Position numbers and translations under genes: made by a program. Under the pieces are notes generated by a model. It did no database searches. It was not told the DNA's origin and was given only the letters and a program-made list of their open reading frames with translations. A stretch of DNA of 64,000 bases from Octopus vulgaris (taxonomy: Eukaryota). Where the stretch lies: the NCBI GenBank assembly GCA_951406725.2, contig OX597838.1, forward strand, positions 62,001 through 126,000, written 5' to 3'. Below, piece by piece: positions 57,973-64,000 of the stretch (position 1 is the first letter of the stretch; each line of letters opens with the position of its first letter).

Positions 57973-60675
57973 ATGGAGTTGTTCGAGATTAACGCGTCCC
58001 TTAAGGACATTCCTATACCACCAAAGGAAGCCTTCCTTAAGGAAATTGTCTGCAAAACAAATGCATTCATCAACCGGATTAGATGGCTCGCTTTCTTTCA
58101 TGATAACGAGGATTTAAAACAGAACCGGTCCGCAACATCATCCGAATATAAGAAGCTTTTTAAGTCGATGGAGACGCCACCACCTAACCCCAGACTGAAG
58201 AAATTTGAGGACGACTTATGGGGCATTGTAAGGAGCATTAAATTCAGGAAATCGCCCCGTAGGAATGAACACCTCAGATACCTAGGCAAAATTACTAAGG
58301 ATATCAACAGCTCAGACGGAATCCTGGTCCAATCTGACAAAACAAGGAACACTTACAAGATACCTAAAAACCAGTACCTAGAATTACTCAGAAAAGAGAT
58401 CCAGAAGAACTATAGAACTACAAATAAGAATACACTGAGAAGAGTTAACTTGGAGATTAAGAAAATTATGGCTAATTATGGACTTCAAATGAGAACACAA
58501 CCGCTTAACCCAAGACAACCTAGATTCATCGTTAAGGACCACAAACCAAATTTCCACACCAATCCAGCATTAAGGCTCATATGCCCTTCTAGTTCCGACA
58601 TCGGTTCCATCAGTAAGTACATTTTAGACAAATACATTCCTAGTTTAGTTAATAAGCTTAAGCTTAACCTTTGGGCGAACTCCTCGCAAGTCGTAAAGTG
58701 GTTCTCTTCTATCCCTAATAAAAACAGAACTAAGTTCATTCAGTTCGATATTGCTAATTTCTACCCCTCGATTAACCCTAGTGTACTCAATAAGGCCCTG
58801 TGGCATGCACATAATAAGGTAGGCCTCACAAGAGAAGAAATTGATATAATTCTAGTCGCCAGAAAATCCTTTATACAGTTTGAAGATAAGTTATGGGTTC
58901 GTAAGGATACTCCCAACGAGTTCGATGTACCTATGGGTAGTTCAGATAGCGCCCAGATTGCCGATTTGGTCGGAATCTATATTCTTTATGAATTATCCGA
59001 CCAATTCCCGGACATCGGAGGCGGCCTATATCGTGACGATTGTCTGTTTTACTTACAGAACAACCCGAATAGAATGATACAGAAAACTAAAAATAGATTA
59101 GCTAGGTTCTTTAATAGAATGGGCATGAGCATAGTTTTTGATAACGAACTTACCAAGGTAAATTTCTTAGATGTCACACTAGACCTGCATAGCGATTCTT
59201 ACTGCCCCTACCACAAACCTTCCACTAACTTAAAGTATGTCAGTGTTTTCTCTAACCACGCAAAAACTATAACAGACAATTTGGTTAAAAACATTTCTCA
59301 AAGATTAACTAATTTGTCTGCCAACGTCGACATTTTTAGGCAGAAAGCGGAATTTTATAATGCCGCCCTGTCAAAAGCCGGTTATAGGGAGAAGGTAGCA
59401 TATATAGACCCGGCCCTTCCGAAACCAGCATTCTATCATCAGGATAAGGCAAGTTACAATAACATAAATAATATAAGTAGTGATGGTAGCCTGAGGAATG
59501 CCGATACAAGTACAACTAGCATAAATATAGATAACATAAATAATTTGCGGTCCAGGGGAGGCCATCGTAGGCCAAAACCCATTATTCAACCCAGAGATAC
59601 CCACCTTAATGTTAGAGATGACTCCCCGAGCCAGTACAAGAACAGGAAAAACTATATTTGGTTTGTAATTCCCTTTGGTAAACAAATAAGATCTAACCTA
59701 CCGTTGCAGTTTCGCCAAGCAATTGCCAGAAATTTTCCCAGAAATTCGAGATATTTCTCCACTGTAAATTCACACAAAGTTAGGATAGCCTTCTCCAATA
59801 CTAAAAATCTTTCACAGATAATTTCCTCCCATAACAATAAGCTGCTAAATAAGACCCTCTCACCCATGAGCGGAGACTCTGCTCCGTCTAATTCCAACAT
59901 AACACGCAGTAATAATAATAATAATAATAGTACTGGCACAGATATTAGCAACCTCCATACCAACATTGGTGTTAGTAATAGTAATAAGGATAAGAGCAAT
60001 GATCTCGTCATTAACGTAAGTAATGGTAATAAGGATAAGAGCACTGATCTAGTCATTAATGTAGGGAGTCCCAACAACAATATTAGCAGCGGTTTTAACA
60101 ACAGTAGCATTACGGACATTGGCAATCACAGCATTCACAGTAGCAGGGAGCATGCAGGTGATATTGCATTAAATAGCAATGATAATGGCGGGAATAATAT
60201 CGAATCCAGCGGTAGTTTTTACAATCATCATAGTAATAAGAACGCTGTATTAATATCGGAAGCCAATCCCAATAGAATAAGGTTCTTATCTAGTAACTCC
60301 AAGATTAGAAACGCCATTTACCAGTGCAGAGTTTATACTGATTCAGATGTCTACATGTATATCGGAGCTTCATCATCGAAATTGGCTGTTAGAATATCGA
60401 ATCATTTTTCCACGTTTCGTGATGAGGAAAAGAAACACGCTACGGGACTAAGTAAATTAGTCTGGCGTTTGAAGAACGCGAATTCAACTTTTAGACTGGA
60501 ATGGTCAATTTTATCGGTGTCTATACCGTTTGATAAAGGCAAAAAAATCTGTGCTCTTTGCAACTCGGAACTCTTTCATATTCTGTTCGCTCGAGGGCAC
60601 CTTGTTAACTCGATTGTGCAAAATTCTTTCAGATGCACACACTGGAAACGGCATACTTTTCTTTCATACCAATGA
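57973..60675 (+). CDS. Penelope-like reverse transcriptase / C-terminal GIY-YIG endonuclease polyprotein (900 aa, intact)
   Basis: Motifs SDKT, QFDIANFYPSI, DVPMGS, LYRDD, VNFLDVTLDL (RT); AIYQC..YMYIGA..R..NH, CALC, CTH (GIY-YIG). No stops. Confidence 0.93.
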   Translation: MELFEINASLKDIPIPPKEAFLKEIVCKTNAFINRIRWLAFFHDNEDLKQNRSATSSEYKKLFKSMETPPPNPRLKKFEDDLWGIVRSIKFRKSPRRNEHLRYLGKITKDINSSDGILVQSDKTRNTYKIPKNQYLELLRKEIQKNYRTTNKNTLRRVNLEIKKIMANYGLQMRTQPLNPRQPRFIVKDHKPNFHTNPALRLICPSSSDIGSISKYILDKYIPSLVNKLKLNLWANSSQVVKWFSSIPNKNRTKFIQFDIANFYPSINPSVLNKALWHAHNKVGLTREEIDIILVARKSFIQFEDKLWVRKDTPNEFDVPMGSSDSAQIADLVGIYILYELSDQFPDIGGGLYRDDCLFYLQNNPNRMIQKTKNRLARFFNRMGMSIVFDNELTKVNFLDVTLDLHSDSYCPYHKPSTNLKYVSVFSNHAKTITDNLVKNISQRLTNLSANVDIFRQKAEFYNAALSKAGYREKVAYIDPALPKPAFYHQDKASYNNINNISSDGSLRNADTSTTSINIDNINNLRSRGGHRRPKPIIQPRDTHLNVRDDSPSQYKNRKNYIWFVIPFGKQIRSNLPLQFRQAIARNFPRNSRYFSTVNSHKVRIAFSNTKNLSQIISSHNNKLLNKTLSPMSGDSAPSNSNITRSNNNNNNSTGTDISNLHTNIGVSNSNKDKSNDLVINVSNGNKDKSTDLVINVGSPNNNISSGFNNSSITDIGNHSIHSSREHAGDIALNSNDNGGNNIESSGSFYNHHSNKNAVLISEANPNRIRFLSSNSKIRNAIYQCRVYTDSDVYMYIGASSSKLAVRISNHFSTFRDEEKKHATGLSKLVWRLKNANSTFRLEWSILSVSIPFDKGKKICALCNSELFHILFARGHLVNSIVQNSFRCTHWKRHTFLSYQ

Positions 60676-61252
60676 AGTCTAATATAGTTAACCCCTTGAT
60701 TTCCTAAGAAAATGAAAAAAATTTTGAATTAAATTTGTAAGGGGATATCACTCCCCTGTTTAGTGTAAGAACTGCTAGTTATCTAGAACTGCTGTCAGGG
60801 ATGTCACGGTATCCTGCCATGACCACTGTTGACACCCCCTCTCTCTCTATCAAATGGTTACAGACGAACACACAGACACAATTTTTTCTGTTGCTTGACC
60901 ATTGATATCTGCTGTATCTCTCTCCCTTGCTCCCTTCTAAACACACTGCCACACATACATAGACGCACACACACATACATGAATGCAACTTCTCACATTC
61001 AAACACGCTAGCACTCATTCTTAAAACAATTCAAATATTAACGCCAGTCATACAGAATACGTACACACTCTTTGTTTTTCCTGTTAACCGGATTTTAACC
61101 TTGAATTATCTCAACGGACCTTTTCGTCGGCTTTCACCTAGCCTGGCGTCTACGCATTTTGACAGACAGTTTGTGCCATTTATTCCATGGGCTCCTCGTG
61201 AGCGTTTGTCGAAAAGCTTGCTGTGCATTTTGTTGGAGAATTAAGTTCCTGG

Positions 61253-61339
61253 ATTTTCCTGAAGAAAAAGGGTGCAAAATGGACTCCTTATTCAATCCGA
61301 ATTAGGGACTTTGCAGCCTTTGAAACATATGTAGAAAAT
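61253..61339 (+). ncRNA. Type I hammerhead ribozyme in right pseudo-LTR
   Basis: AUUUUC-CUGAAGA-(stem II, slightly mismatched)-GAAA-CAUAUG-UA-GAAAAU. Predicted cleavage after 61333. Confidence 0.8.
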
Positions 61340-61548
61340 AATAAAAAGGAATTTTGTTAAGTTTTCGTTCAGCTCCATTTCTTCCTACACTAAATATATA
61401 AAACTTCAAATTTCCGCACTAAGGCAAGGATTTTAGACCCCATGGTCGTAACCTCAACCGTGCTTTTTCTGTTGTGATTTTTGCTACCCAGGTATCGGTT
61501 ATCATTTGAATAATCCGTAATAAGATAATTCATTTATCTACCTCAATA

Positions 61549-64000
<2,452 letters not shown>

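Noticed and set aside
59652-60125. 157-aa Leu-rich antisense ORF in the PLE
   Set aside because: An expected shadow of the Asn/Ser codons on the sense strand.

Overview
AT-rich, microsatellite-dense animal genomic DNA. The SINE, LINE and Helitron content looks cephalopod (Octopus-like); this is an inference. Host genes: two divergent tandem paralogues of an ODAD1/CCDC114/CCDC63-like coiled-coil gene (+ strand, 12045-18590 and 36398-41480), each with two coding exons and the same phase-2 intron. There is also the last coding exon of an SLC6 GlyT/PROT-like transporter on the - strand (56428-56598), which is absent from the ORF track. The rest is nested mobile DNA: hAT/Buster, piggyBac, mariner and Merlin-like DNA elements; several Helitrons; Gypsy fragments; Tx1-, CR1-, RTE- and R4/Dong-like LINEs; and tRNA-SINEs. 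The most striking component is a Penelope-like (PLE) system: one intact 900-aa RT + GIY-YIG element with inverted pseudo-LTRs, plus many short fold-back derivatives, mostly in (TA)n tracts. Together they carry about 14 type-I hammerhead ribozyme motifs, about 7 with an intact core, including long-stem-II forms and a U3:A8 variant. Most ORFs in the supplied track are microsatellite translations. All coordinates and alignments were read by eye and no searches were run.
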